From Kudoa neothunni (taxonomy: Eukaryota; Animalia; Cnidaria), in the NCBI GenBank assembly GCA_964304625.1, contig OZ199838.1, positions 7,865,197-7,929,196 of the forward strand: a stretch of 64,000 nt of DNA, written 5' to 3'. Position numbers and translations under genes: made by a program. Each line of letters begins with the position of its first letter. Within the stretch, counting starts at the first letter, position 1. This document shows positions 24,701-39,700 of the stretch, in pieces. The notes beneath the pieces were generated by a model. The model had not been told where the DNA came from and searched no databases. It worked only from the letters and a program-made list of their open reading frames with translations.

Positions 24701-27700
24701 TATTTCTAGCTAAACATTAACCGCGCACGCGCACAAATCAAAAATGACGCATATCGTAGAAGTAGAATGTTTATTGACAATACGTTTAAGATTCTATTTT
24801 ACGAAAGCTTTTAAGCAGCATTAGAATTATTTTGTTAAATATACGAAAAAGAATAACAATAATAATAAGACAAAATTGACATAATTATCGGTTAAAACAA
24901 ATGACTGGAATGGAATTTGCAGTAAGATGAAGCACAAATGTCGCATTTTATTTTGGGCTTTCTATCATATTTCTTATCGAAAAATCGACATCTCCCCTAA
25001 CTATTTTGTCCAATTATAACTGAGGAGTCTTCACTAGCTGTCATATTTTGTTTCCGTCTCGAAAGTAGTCGATGTGTCAATTGGGTTGCCATCATTTTCA
25101 AAAATTCCCTCCGGAGTAATTTTGAAGGAGGGAATAAATTTTTGTATACACAAAAAGCATTAATCAGACTGATATCAACCATGTTAAAGAAAACAATTAA
25201 CGGCCAACAACAAGATATTAGTCTCACATTTGTTTCTGTCAATAATCTGGAAATCGTATCGACTCCGCCTTTTACTGCATTATAACATCAGGTTTAAATG
25301 GCTTTTCCGTTGATATTTGGGTGTTTGTCGAGGAGGAACAAAGCATAGAAGCAGGTTAATTTCTTCGAGGCTGATATGTTAGTATCATTTCTTTGTTATT
25401 AAAAACAAAAAGAGATGAATGAAGAGGAGTCGTTCTATCTGGTCTCAAATATGGCGGTATCTCCCTCTTATTTGAACGCATCGTTCCAACAATCGTAAGT
25501 TTTTTTTGTAACAATTCATCCGCTAACTCAATAGACGTGAAATAATTGTCACATACGACATTTCGACCAGAACGTTCAAATGGTTCCACTAACTTTAAAA
25601 CAATATTCCTCCCAACATTTACAGCCCCCGTATCATTTTGAGATCGCTTTCCCAAATAGAGCATTGCATTGCAAACAAAAGTTGACTTGGGTCAGTTATT
25701 AAAAAAAACTTTAAGCCATATTTTGAAGTCTTTTTGGCATATATTGTTTGAATTTACAACGACCTCTAAAAGCCACAAGTTGCTCTCATCGATGCAAAGA
25801 TCCTCAAAAGGTCGAAAACTCTGGATAAGCGAGCCAACCCAGATATCCCAGAGTTCACGAATGTGGCAAAATTTATCTGACATTTTTCTTATCTCTCGTG
25901 TTTTCAAATCGTCGAAATGAAGAGCTATCTTGATTTGTCGGAATCGATTTAAAGAAAATAGGTCACGATAAACTTGTCTTCCCTCTTCTAACCCAAACAA
26001 TTCTTTGACTGGTTGTAAATTATCGTCAAATATTCCCATTAACAATAAACATCCGATGAATCCATCGAATTCGACACTATCTAATTGCTTCCAAGCATCA
26101 CCGAACAATTTTTACCGTATTGATTTGTATGTTTCAAAATTAAATCATACATTTCCTGGCGAAAAAACACTTTAAACGTATCAATAATTTCATTTACATT
26201 CTGCAAAACGAAGGATGAAAGAACAGTACGACTGGTCAAAATGTTTTTGGCTGCAGTTCTAGAAGTCGAGGGTTTTTTAATTGTCTTTAAAGTTCCAGTC
26301 TTCTCTATTAAAGAGTCAGATGGAGCATTGATTTCAACTTCCGAATTATCTGATGACGTATCACATATAAAGGAATAACCCAGGTCAGAAGAATCAGCAT
26401 CAGAGCAGCTGCCGCTATACTCACTCGAGCTCATTTTACTAACGTCAAATGGCGCACGCGCACAGCATATGACCAGTACTATTTGTTGATTAAAACAATA
26501 ATTCGTCGATGAAATTGTATCAAATTTACCAAAAAAATATTTTTTATTTTGAACAATTTAGTTTAAAAAATGTGGGATGTAAAAATACCCCAATTTTACT
26601 CGGAGGGTATTTTCGCGTTATATTTTATTTTATTTTACAAAACAAAAAATTTTATCAGGTAGAATATGTATTATATAACGTTAAAAGATTAGACGGAATA
26701 TACAAAATTTTAGTCTTAGATTTGAGGTAAAAAATTAAAGATTAAATAGGCCTGGGGTATAAAAATACCCCATTTTACTTGGAAGGTTAATAAAAAACAA
26801 ATTAAATCCAGCTAGTTAACCAATAAAGTAAGGATGATTGAAAAGTATATGATTATACTTACGTAAACTGGTGGTAAGTTCAAATCATAACGTCATAGTT
26901 ATATTTTATGACGATATTACACAATGTTCATTTTTCGTACTACAGTGGGCGTCGGATAAAACATGCTCTCCTTTGGACCATAAAAAAGTGTGTGTTTAAA
27001 ACAGGGATTAATTCAATTATGCATAATTTTAACCGTGGATAACAACTAACATTACCAAGTAATGTCAACTTTTTTAAGATTATTATTTAGTTTATTAAAT
27101 AGTTTGTAAATATGTCAATAGCCATCCATGGCTTCTTATTTGAAAAATGGGTGGCCAGTGTTTGCTTTAAGTTTTTAAAACATCTTGGATGACCCTAATG
27201 ACGAATTACAATGGGTTAAAGTTTTTCATCTTAAAATGATAAACTTAATAAAGTGAATTCTGTTTTGAGCATTTAGCAATTTTTTCGTTGGAAAGGATGT
27301 AATTTCGTCTTAAAAAAATCAAGAATATATCCTGCTGCTGGATTTAGATTTCATTAATCATACTTATTTGTTGCTGGTAAAATAAAGCTGTGTTATCTAG
27401 ATCATAAACTTTCTCAGCTTTATAATTATTTAAATGTTCAATCATGAACAGGTTCTGTTTCAACCATGGTTGGTTGTGCCATGAAAGTTTAATCGAAGTA
27501 AATTAAACCTCTCTTTGAAACCCTAGAGCCAATCCTAACTAAATTCTGTATCTTTACTAATTTTGTATTGTGTCTCATATTGCTGTGTAATAATTTCCAC
27601 TGAAGTTGAATCAAAATTTTTTGCCTTCATCTATGAAATCGATTCATATACTTGCTGAGTTACTTATTTTGTGGGCCTTTCTTTAATGCTAATCGACTTA

Positions 27701-30700
27701 CTTTACTAACAAACTTCCAACAGCCTGCATTATTTTAGCTTTCTTTGGTAAAATACGGTTTAAAGTAAATATAAATTTAAGAGCCAAATATTTGACAATG
27801 TGTCTTTTTGCTTTTCGATATAAGCTGTCTCCGAAATACTTCAATATATTATATTTTATGTTCATTATGTATCGTTTGTGAGATTTTTTCCAGGCATGTT
27901 GTTAAGCAGGCTGGAAACGGCGTGAATCTTAAGGCGGCCGCATAGAAAAAAATGCGGATTACAAACAATGGGCCATACTTGCATTTTTACGTAATTCAAC
28001 AAAATAAATATTTTAAAAGATAATTGAAGTTTTATTGATTAGTTTAGCGTAAATATATCATCAACATAAATTTACGCTAAATTCATGTAATTTATGCGAT
28101 AAGATAAAAAATGCGGATGAAACACATTGCCATTAACCATTGTATCAGCAAGCCAACTATAAGTCGATCGTTAGGATAGTTTATGTCTTTTTTATTCCAA
28201 AACGGAAAACCAAGCCAATAATTAGTATAATCAGTCAGAAGAAGTTGTTCAACTTTTATTTTTGGATGTAATTTGCAATTAAAATGCATTCCTCATAGTG
28301 TATTCTGTCTATCATACTCAACCTTATTTTTAAAAATAATTTTTTTTTACTTTTTTTAAAATTTTTACATCATGTTATTTTTAGTTGCGTTTCAATTTCA
28401 ATGGGTTTGAAAATATTACATGTGCAGTGTATCTTATCGCTGTAACCCTATCGTCGTACTTAACAATATATTTGATACTTGGTCTCTTGTCAAAGTAATT
28501 CGAAATATCAAAAATATAAACAATTAATGATATATTACTAGATATATGTGGGACATTCAGTACTATTATGACAAACGAACAAATATAATCTGTCGAAATA
28601 ATAAAAGTTACGTGCATGAAAAATTGGAAGGTTATACCGATTGGTTATTTTATGGTAAGAATGTTCGAATACGCATGGAAACATCGAACCATACGACTGA
28701 CAATTATGCAACAAATGAATTTCGATCTATGAACGTTTTTGCCTCAAGAATAAATCCAAAGTAGGAATAAATCAAAATATATTTGTCTTATTTATGATTA
28801 AACTAAGATTTTCTGATTTTTTGTCTATTAATTTCTCCATTGTCAAGTCGAAATTGAAAAAGATAAATAGATCAAAAGAATTGTACTGGGCAGAATTGAT
28901 AGTTATATTGATAAACACTGCTTCACATCTAAGTTTTTTCCACACAAATAATTTTGAATTTCAATGGATAACAACAATTCAAAGTATATCAATATTGGTT
29001 ACGCTTCTGAAGTTATTTAGGAATTATTGACGTTTCTTCTGGAATGCTCTACGTTGCTTTTTTTACCATCAAAGTAATCTGTGTTGACAAATCTAAGGAT
29101 TTACTTTTCACAGAACCTATAGTGGATGCAATGGTAAGTGAGCATGTGGACTCGAAGCTAAATATTCCAATCATTAAAACCCCAACTAGCACATAAGAGA
29201 GATTAAAATCTGAATTTGTAACGTTTTAATGTATTTTAGTATGACAAAACTTAGTTTGATTAATTAATAATAGAAACTACTCTCTATCACACTTTAATGT
29301 GAATATCTCATCGAAATTATTTTATAGTTATAATGAGGGTTTTTATAAAAAGGAAATATTATTATATTATATAATAAATAAATATTGTTACTTTAATATG
29401 GTTTAAATTATCTTTTAACTATATTATTTGATTGATAAAAAAATTTTTCTTCAATCTTAACGCAAATATTTCAATAGTTAATGTTGGCATAGGGATGAAT
29501 AATATTTATTTTTAATGTATAATGCTGACAAATATATACTATTATAACGGGAAATTCTTGTAGTATTATTTGGCGAAAAATGAAAATTTTTGAATGCTAA
29601 TTCCTGTTCCAGTAAACATAGTAATGGCTTTTCCTTTTCAATCATTTCACGATATTTTTCTTCCTTACATGGGTTTTCATAAATTTTTGTGCAATATAAC
29701 TATTCATTTAGAAAAGTTTTTCATCGGTATTTTTGAAATCGAGTCAATATATGAATTATCTTACTATTAAGATGTTAAAGATTTATTTGCCGGGAAAATT
29801 TAAATATTGATTTCACCATCGTGGTTTCTACGATACAAAAATTATTTTCATAAATTACCGTATATGGTATCCTTATAATCGTAAAATGGGTTTCCAAAAT
29901 TTTACTGAATTCAATCAGAAATATACAAACTGTGAAATAGTTTTCAACTAATTTAATATTTTCCACAAGAAATACTATACAGGAGGTAGTCGATTTTCCG
30001 TACTTTTATTTTTTCTTCTCTTATATATAATTATCAGACTTAAAACAATTTCTGAAAATCAATAAAGTTTGTTTTATTCAATTAAAATTAAAAGTTCCAA
30101 GGAAAAATTATTTTATAAAAATAGGGATTATCGATTTTACGTAACTTTTCAAAATCCTTTGTTTTAATGAATTAAATCCATGATAATATTATAAATAATT
30201 TAGACATAACGAAAAGTTTATTATTTCCCCATTTTTTAAGGATTTGCGAATAAAACCCGGTAAATCTTTTACATTCTTGTGTGGTTTTAAACTCGTATCT
30301 ATTTCTGTTTTGAAGACTACTGAATGAATAATGTCGAATTCATTTCTTCATGTAAAATAAGCTTGGATTAATTCAAACAAAAATTCCCGGAAGAGGGATC
30401 ATATAATAATTTTTTCTGTAGTTAGTAATTGATTGAAGGCATTAGAGCCAAGAAAACCGATTTATTACAGACGATTAAATATGAAAAAAATAGTAAAGGA
30501 ATTCGATTAAAATAATTTATTACTTATAGGAGCTTTTATGATTACAGATCGTGCCTTAATTTAAAAAGGATAAATTTTCTTGGATAGCCATTTATGCACT
30601 CAACATTGTTACGATAAGTAGTAGAATAAATTGAGTGCTATTGCTGAAAAATCTTCTACCGACCTTTTTTGTACAATTTATATAAGACTATATTAATTAA

Positions 30701-33700
30701 ATCAACAAAACAATGTCAAATAATTTTTATGTGCATAAATTTGTTGAGGAAAACTTTTATTTACGTCTGGAATCCAATTCATATCTAGAAATGGTATCTA
30801 AAATGATTTAGAGTTAATTTTATCCGTCTACTTCTGGTAGTTGTTCAGATCGTTCTTTGATTTGTCGTCACAAAAATTAACGCGTTTTTAAAGGCGGTAA
30901 AAATTTACCCATTTAATTTGAGTAAATTAAAAAAGCAAGAATGAGGATGAAACATTAAAAATATATCTAATTTGTTAAAATAGTAATTTCAAAAATATTG
31001 TTAACAATTTATGTCTCTGTAGGTCAACTTTTAACCATGGGACCAAATTTTATAACGTCAATCCTGTATTTTTCAAAAAATCCAGAAAGTTAACTATTAT
31101 CTATCAATAAACGAATAATTTTTGTTAAGGATCCAACTACAAAAGTATTATTTCGGTTAAAAACTACATTATTTAATAGGATGGAGATCTAAATGCATAT
31201 AGCCATAAAATTTTCTTTAATTTATTTCAAAAATATTAAAATCTTTCTGAAAGTTAATAATTTTGAACTTAATTATATTACATCAATACAAAATACTTTC
31301 ATTGTATGTGCACGTATCAAAAAGTAGGGAAAATCGGTCAATGATGCATTTTCAGTAACTTCTCTCTGGTCCCGAGAGGATTACGGAAAATCGATTCCCT
31401 ACTGTACATGCACAAGGAAAATAATATTTTTGTTTTATATAAATCAAAATATAATATATAATATATAAATATTTGATGAAAATCAAAATTACTATTAATA
31501 TTTTTGACTTATCACAGTTTAAATAAAAACTAATTATCATTTTATTTTCTGATTTTATCTATCGTTAGATAAAATTTGGCATGACAGATTTTTAATGTTG
31601 CATTTCTGATCTCCTAAAAGCCTACATAATATATTTACTTCATATGATATTGTTGAGAAGAAAAAAATGTCGATCAATTAAAACATACAAGCCGAAATTC
31701 ATTTTGTTTATACATTCCATACTGCACGCATAGGCAATGGTTTAGATACATTACCTGATTTTCATCTCTAATAATTTTCAATATTAATATTTGGTGATTC
31801 CTATACCTAGAATAGGATTTGATTGGACACATTCTCATAAAATATGTTCTAGTCTCAATTTTTTGGGGAATAAATACTTAATACATAATTCAAACTTTTA
31901 GACATTTCCGTTTTTATCAGAATCACTTTTCATAACATCGTTATTTGGGGTTTTATACTTGCTATATTGTTTATTAATATAATGTTTCAACAATTAGATA
32001 ACGTTTTCTGGAATGATCGAAATAATTTTATTCTTTTCTTTGAAAACTTACGTCATTAAATTCACAATTTTTAAGTCATACAAAATATTAAAGTTGTTAT
32101 ATGTTTACAAGTAAGATAATTATATTTTTCACTCTATGTTTTATTAAGGCTGAGAGAAGAAACTGAGAAGTTAATTCCTCCTTTTGTCAAGTTGATGAAA
32201 TTTCTGGCTGTAATTATGGTGATAACGAGTTTTCTGTTGTTCTCCATGGCGTTGATCTTTGTTACGGCATTATCTGGAAGGTAATATACTATCATTCCTT
32301 ATTTTATACGACAAAATTTAGAAACGAATTAAATATGAATCAAGCATCCAATTATAAATCGTTTTACGATGGTTTTATTTCGACATTTCAAGTAATCAAT
32401 TAAATATGGTGATTCAATACCCCTTGATCTACGTTGATTAGAATTTACTGTTATCCTGCTAAACGATATACTTTAAAAACATTTTAAACACTTTTGCATT
32501 CATGAATAATCTGCTTTAGAATTTTGTAGGTATTAACGAGATTGAATATCTTAAAGATCCTCAATATTTTATTGGCATCATGATTTTTAGAGCATTACGG
32601 TAAAGGCTTCGACATAGCGAGGTTCTTTGGAAATAACTATTTACCACACATTAGCCAGACCCCACTCAATATCATAAGTTCGAGCATGAGTGCTAAGATT
32701 AATTTGTTGGCCGAAAAATTATCAATTTATTTAAACCTGGTTTTAGACTTTGTAATCTTGTATATCGCATCAATTATAAGTTAAATGTGAAATAGTATGG
32801 AAGGAACTTAAAGCATAAATGATTTCCTAATAGTATTTATGGCTGCTTTCAACTCTGAGATCGGAACTAGTTGATTTTCACCAACATAATCAAGATTCTC
32901 GTCCACAATTTGATGGCCCTTTAACATTTGTATTAGAGATAACATGTGTCTTCCTGTGTAGCTTCGGCTTGTTCTGATTCACCCACTTTGCCCGTGTTGT
33001 TACTTAGCAGTAGATTTATAATGAACCAATTATAATGCATACCATCAATTATTACATTCTCTGTATAACCCACATCTATTTTAATTTGTTGTTGATATTT
33101 TTTTCATAAATCAATTCCACAATTTCTGAACATCGGAAAATGCTTAAAACCACTTTGAACAGTTGAGCTCGTCACAATCCCCGACGGCGCTTTTAATATA
33201 CAAAGACAATCCAAGATAGTATATTCCAAAATGTTCGTCAATTCTTTATTAAATAGAAACTTTCTATCCAATGGTTTTCTGCAGTTAGTTATCAAACAAT
33301 GAACGATCCCGAGATCCGTTGGTTGAGAGATACTAGTAGTAATCCTTGGAAGAAAAATCAATTCAGTATTGTTAAATTGATTCACTAGTTGAGGATGAGA
33401 TAGAAAGTGACCTAGGATAATGAAAACGTTTCTATTTAATTAGTTGAATTGGTTTTCAAAGTTTTTACGATTATTTAAGTGTGATGCTGCTGATATCCAA
33501 CCATATTTTGGAAGAGATAATTTACTGGAAGGTTACCGATATCGTTAAACCAAAGCGGCTTACATTTTACTATGACACATGAAAGAATCCTTGCCAGCAA
33601 ACAAAGCAGTTACTAAGGTGACTCTCTTTTTGGAAAACTTCATTCCTTTCAACTTAATTTCATTTTGAGTGGTATATGTTGGTTGCGGTAACTGTTCGTG

Positions 33701-36700
33701 GAAATGAACTGCCTGGTACAAATTAATAATGTCCTCTCATTTGAACCTTTGTAAAACTTAAGCAATCGTATAGGTCCATTCAAATACAGCATTTGCATTG
33801 GTATTTCCATTCTCATCATGCAATCTAATTTTTTCCAAACAATACCTTGTCTTAAATTTGGAAACTATCCCTAACAGCACCAAAAATCGTCAATTTTTAG
33901 GCTTTCAGCTACTCCTTCAGCTTTTTAGATTGTTAAAAACCTAGGAATATTCTTCTTTTTCCCCTGTCAGCGTAGAGTTTTATTGCATAGGAAATTTCCA
34001 ACCCATTGTATTATCCGTTCTTCATTCTTATGCAGTCTGTAGATATATTTGAATTAATTAATCAGCATCCTTTGATACTATCCCGTCTAAAGACAATTAA
34101 TCTATTTTTATTCAATATCGATCGAGTAATATTAACTCCTTGGGAAATGAAAATCTTACGTAGTCTTAAATTTTTTCTCATAGCATTGACTGAATGGGTT
34201 TATATTATTGAATAATTATTATTTTTTTCGTTAATATTTCATCGAGATCTACTCATTTCAGCTTTTCCGTCGCCACAATAGGCAGAGCGATTAGATTAAT
34301 CCTGAAAAATGTTATGCAATAGCAAGACCCACTATTCTCAGTGATTCCAATTTTTTAAATGAAACTAAAAACGCATATGCGATTACTTGTATCCTGCAAA
34401 GTAGTAATATGGAATTTTCCAAATGTTTAGGAAATAAATAATAACGGGAAATGGATAAACACGCTATATAGAACCATGCAATATCGAGACGTTTAGTGTG
34501 TGTTTCTCATTATCAATTAATTCAAAGGTTGAAAATAAGGAATTTTCTTTAAATTAATAAATTATTCTATCAATTTTTCTGCTACTCCATACAGTATAAG
34601 GTCTTGATATTGCGTAATTTAACGTTTGTGCTATATATTATTTATTTTATTTAAATAGTTTATTTGTTAGTACTTATCCAAAGGAATCTACGTTATATAT
34701 TTCTATAAAACTTAAATTACTTATATATTAAGAAATATGGAATTATGGTGGGTCTCGCTACTGCGTAACCGTTTTCTCAATTTCAATTTTATAAGCCTTG
34801 AATTATACTTCCCCAATGTTCATTTTAGCCAAAACAATGGCTATTGGCATTGTGAATAATACTCAAGTGTCACTAGTTTGGATTATATCTAACCATTTCT
34901 GGTCCCTAGGAATGAAGCAATTGACCAGAAATATTTAAATATAACAGATTTTAAAAATTAAACTCTATATATCAGCCAAAAAAGGGGAATGCTACGATTA
35001 AAAAGGGATATTGAGCATGCATGCCATTTAGGATTAACAATGCTCGTTGCGATAGCTTCTGCCTTTAACTAAACCCTAACAAAGCGTTAGGGAGAAAATT
35101 AGAAATCGAATGTTTTGTAGATCAATCGAATAAACTTAATGCTAGAAAGAAGTCTGCAGAGCATCTTTACTTTCAAACTGAAAGATTCTATAGTTTTATT
35201 ATTTTAAGGGAGGTCATTCAATGTTTATCTAATTTTTCCATAAAATATTTTAATTAAAAATTGAAATATTACTCGAACTGAAATAACATTAAACTGATGA
35301 AAATATGGACGAGCTGAAAACAACCTCCAAACATGGTTGCAGTGATAAAGGATAAAGTGAAAATATTCCTGATCACTTAGTTATTAAAATTTAAAACTAT
35401 AGACAATAAACATTCGGATAAATAATTCAAGTGGGAGCAAAATCGGATTTACGAATTTAGAAAGTCCTTTTTGGTGTATGGGTATTAAATTTCATCAATA
35501 AACGTACGACGAAACATTATGATGTATACGAATGATATTTAACTTCTCGGGTATAACTTCTAAAAATAAAACCAAAAATATATTATAATTAGATTAGAAT
35601 ACTCTATTTTGTGAAAAATTGGTTTAAGCATTTGTTTAAAAAATTTGAAATAATCAAATTTTACATTGATGTAGGCATTACAAAAAAGATAAAACCACAT
35701 TAGGGATTGGGTCTGTGAGAGGGTAAAGTTATGATAGTGGCTATTACCACGGATCCGTGTAATCCCCACCTTCGGCACATGCTATTACCACGGGAATCAA
35801 TCTCTCTGCAATTGTTATCTCTATTAAATAACTAATTTCACATTACTATTATTTATATTTTTCTCTACTAAATTATAGAATTAGGTAACAATTGAGAATA
35901 TCTTTTTTACATATTTATATTGTTTATTTTATTGATCGCTTTCCATAATTAAATGAAAGATTTATTAATCTTAATTTAATACATGATCAAAATTGTATTA
36001 TATCATTTTCTGTCAATAATAAGATTAAAGTTAAAGAATTTTGTGTGATTTTGTAGGTCTGACATTACTCTTGAAGCGCGCGCCTTTACATGATATATTC
36101 AACCTCGTGTTATTTAATTTATTTCCAATCTTTACAATGTTTAAATTATATGATTTATTGTATTCTATTCATAAATTATGAACTTCAAGATAAAATATGC
36201 TCATTATATTTCACAGAAATGATGTGAATTTTCCGCGTTAGTTTTCAATATAGACAAGAAATTTGAGAAAACTAATCATAATTAGGTTATTTTTCAGAAA
36301 TTAGATGAATATAACACGATGAACAATGGCTATCCTAGTCAAATAAATAATGAGAGATCTAAGAAAATTTAGTTTTTTTTTTGTATCCAATAGTGGTTAA
36401 AGCGTATCCCTTTGGTCTCCCAACAGACTTCACTCGAGAGGGAATTTTTAAGGCTAAAATAATTTAAAACAAGAAAGGAATTGAAAGTACCGTCAAGCTC
36501 GATCATATTTAAAGTAGGTGCTAATTGATCTTTAGATAAAACAGTTTGGAGCTCGGGAGCATTTTCATTTGAAATATTATTAACAATAATATTCTCGATA
36601 ATCTCCTCACCTTGCGGAACAATATTATTACCAACACCCTCAACAATTATTTGAGAATTAAAAATATTCTCAATAACATCTATTTTTTGTAAGTTAGATA

Positions 36701-39700
36701 CGAGTAAAATAGTCAAGTTAAGCGTCGTATACCTCTTCCTTCAGAGATATCTTCATCTTCAGCTATAGCCTCAGAGTATTCAATGGTGCGATTTCCTAAA
36801 AATAAATCAAGAAAAATTAAGTTTTCTTAAAATACCTAATTGATTTATTTGTTTTATTAATTTGACGTCATGGTTCTTGATTATTTTTTCTATTGTGTTG
36901 AATAGTGATAGGCAACTATCATAAAACTCCCCACAATATTCAGCGGACAAAGCTGCTAGCTTATTTGTGTAAATCACAGAATTTTTTAAACGTTTTCCAT
37001 AAGAATTAAAAATTCCTTTTGGTTTTATTGTAATACTCTCTTTTGGTGTTATATTTATAGTTTCCATTTCCAAGAATCGGCTCATGTAATCTTTTGACCA
37101 CCTAGGGTGGCATAAATTTGAATCGAACATTGGAAGCAGGTTAAACGCTCTCTTTTTAAAAATATGACTACATGGAAGGAGATACGATCTGTAAATATAA
37201 CAATTACATTTTATGGATGTAGTTAAACTATCTGTATTAGTGTTTTCGTCAAAATTTTGAATTTGTTTATGGATTATATTGAAGGCAAATGGATTTAAAT
37301 GATTAAAATACGCGCTTAGAACCTCATTTGAGATATCAAAATTAACTGGGTTCAGTAATATTTTGGTTATATTGTATTTCCTTTCTATTCTCATTGATTT
37401 GAGAGCGTCAAAGAAATAACGGAAAAAATCATTAAGATTTGAAAATTTCTTTATTGTTTGTTTTAATTGACCATTAATGGCTTCTAATCTATTATTGGTC
37501 AAGTTTTCATAGAAATGATGTGTTTCACTTAATCCTATGACCCATTCATCAGCGATTGGTTCCCAATTGGATTTAAAATAGTTAATAAACTTATCGTTGC
37601 TTTGTTGAAAAAGGTTATTGCATAATTTATCGAATTCATGTTTATTTTTCGAATAGATAATTTTATTAAGAGTTTCAAGCAATTGGTCCCTTTTCTCTCG
37701 TGTGATACCGTATTTCAACATAGTTATTTCACGTCTGAAACTTTGAGAAACATGAAATATACAGATCATTAGATTAGAGTTAGGAAATAGTTCTTTCAAA
37801 CATTTCCTTAGAGTGTGGTGCTTGTCAGTAATGCTCGTTCGGACATTTTGAGTCATGTTCGGCATCATTTTTATTAGTTGGGAAATATACCATTTAATTG
37901 ACTCCGCCGTTTCATCGTACAAGATGCAGCCGCTAGTTATGTGGGTTTCACCAACCGAGTCTTCTGCAACAGACAGATACAATGGCGCACTAATGAACTA
38001 ATAAAACAACGAAATAGAGAAAACCTCCTAAGATTACCGTGAGTCTAGCAGTTTATAGGTTGCATCAAGCATGAGTAACTCTGGAAAGAAATTAATTGTG
38101 TTGAGCATCTGTTTATCCATAAAAAAGATTCCACAAACATTTTTATTATCATCTGATAAAACGCTCACCATGCAGTTGTATTGATTCTTTAAAATTTCTA
38201 AAACTAAAGTAATGTCATCAGTTCCGACTTAAGAGGATTTTTTAATGTTGTGGATAGCTTTCAAAGGTATATTCTTGCCTGTCTCGTCATTTATTTTGGC
38301 TTGTATGAGCTTTTTATTTGCTCCGAGAGAAAGAAGCTCTGACAAATAGCCGTCACATCGATTTAATTTCCTCTGACTGGGTAAGTTTTCATAGATCCAT
38401 GGATCATTTGGATGGTTATGGGCAGTGTTAGAAGATCTAATCTCCAGGAAATTTCCATCTACACTTACTCTTAATGTAACTTTAAATGGGCAATCTCTCT
38501 TAAGGGAATTTTTCTTGCGTTCGCCTTTACCTCTATTTCGGTAATGGGCTCCAAAGTAACATACGTAAGTTATTTCGTAATACACTAGCGTGTCTTTAAT
38601 ATTTCGATTAACCCGGTTTTGCACTGAATCAATTCTTCTTGAATCTCGAATCTTTAAATTCACAAAATGACTTTTCTCATACTCTTGAATATAAGATTTT
38701 AAACTTTCAAAAGTTTCAAATTTCATTCCAACATGAAAATTGTCTGAATTCGAATCACTCATTGTAGTTCAACCAAACTCGTGAAACACGTGGAGTTATG
38801 TTCACACTGCATGGCTCAAAGCAATAATTTAGAAATGATTAATATTTATAATTAATTCAACGTTAATATTGTTTTAGTCTATTAAATTCGCTAACATTTA
38901 TGTTTCTGACCGTCTATTTTACGTAAATTTACAACCATCTCAAATTTCTTTATTTTTCATAATTTAGTAGAGAAAAATATAAATAATAGTAATGTGAAAT
39001 TAGTTATTTAATAGAGATAACAATTGCAGAGAGATTGATTCCCGTGGTAATAGCCACTGCCTAAAGTTATTTGATTTTTCATTTATTTGATTAAAAGCAG
39101 ATATTCAAACAAAATAAAATATTTCATAAAATATCCTTCACAAGCTAAAGAAAAAATGTTATCCTTAAATTGTTTCAAATTTTGAAGTATCTGTATCTGA
39201 AGTTTTACAAACAAAAAAAGGTCAGTATCCTCTCAGATTAGTGCTCTTAACGCTTACAGGCATATTTAATTTTTTTACATATGAATTTTTGTTCATAATA
39301 CACTATAAGCCTCGCTGAACTCATTTATCTTGGAATTATGTTGTCTTCTATTATAGGGATTCTAAACCGGGGATAAATTTTAAATGTGAGGGGGTAAATT
39401 AAGCGACATTAAAATTAGATAGTAGATAGGGGAAATTTTTGCAAAATGCGGTTCGTGACTTATTTAATGATGTCTAAGGAATTATATTGTTTAGAGTAAT
39501 TAAACTCAATAAATTGTCAGAAATGTTTAAAAAATTTGTTTAGGAATAATTATTTAAAAACTATTTATATAGATGTTATTTATCTCTTTCTTTTATGTCT
39601 CATTTATTTTTTAGAGATGTAGCCTAATAATAATAATACTTAAAGCGGCTATTTCCATAGTAAATAATCACGTGCCACTAATTTTGATCATTTTTAATTA

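Noticed and set aside
31730-31997. Possible extra or alternative Cav exons upstream of exon 11
   Set aside because: Candidate frames contain stops and no recognisable channel motif; exon 10 joins exon 11 in frame without them.
12897-38231. Single in-frame TAA codons in two near-intact elements (gag 12897, MULE 38229), suggesting stop reassignment or readthrough
   Set aside because: TAA ends the intact Tc1 ORF, pol and the Cav gene, and the spliced Cav frame has no internal TAA. Point mutations or base-call errors are simpler.
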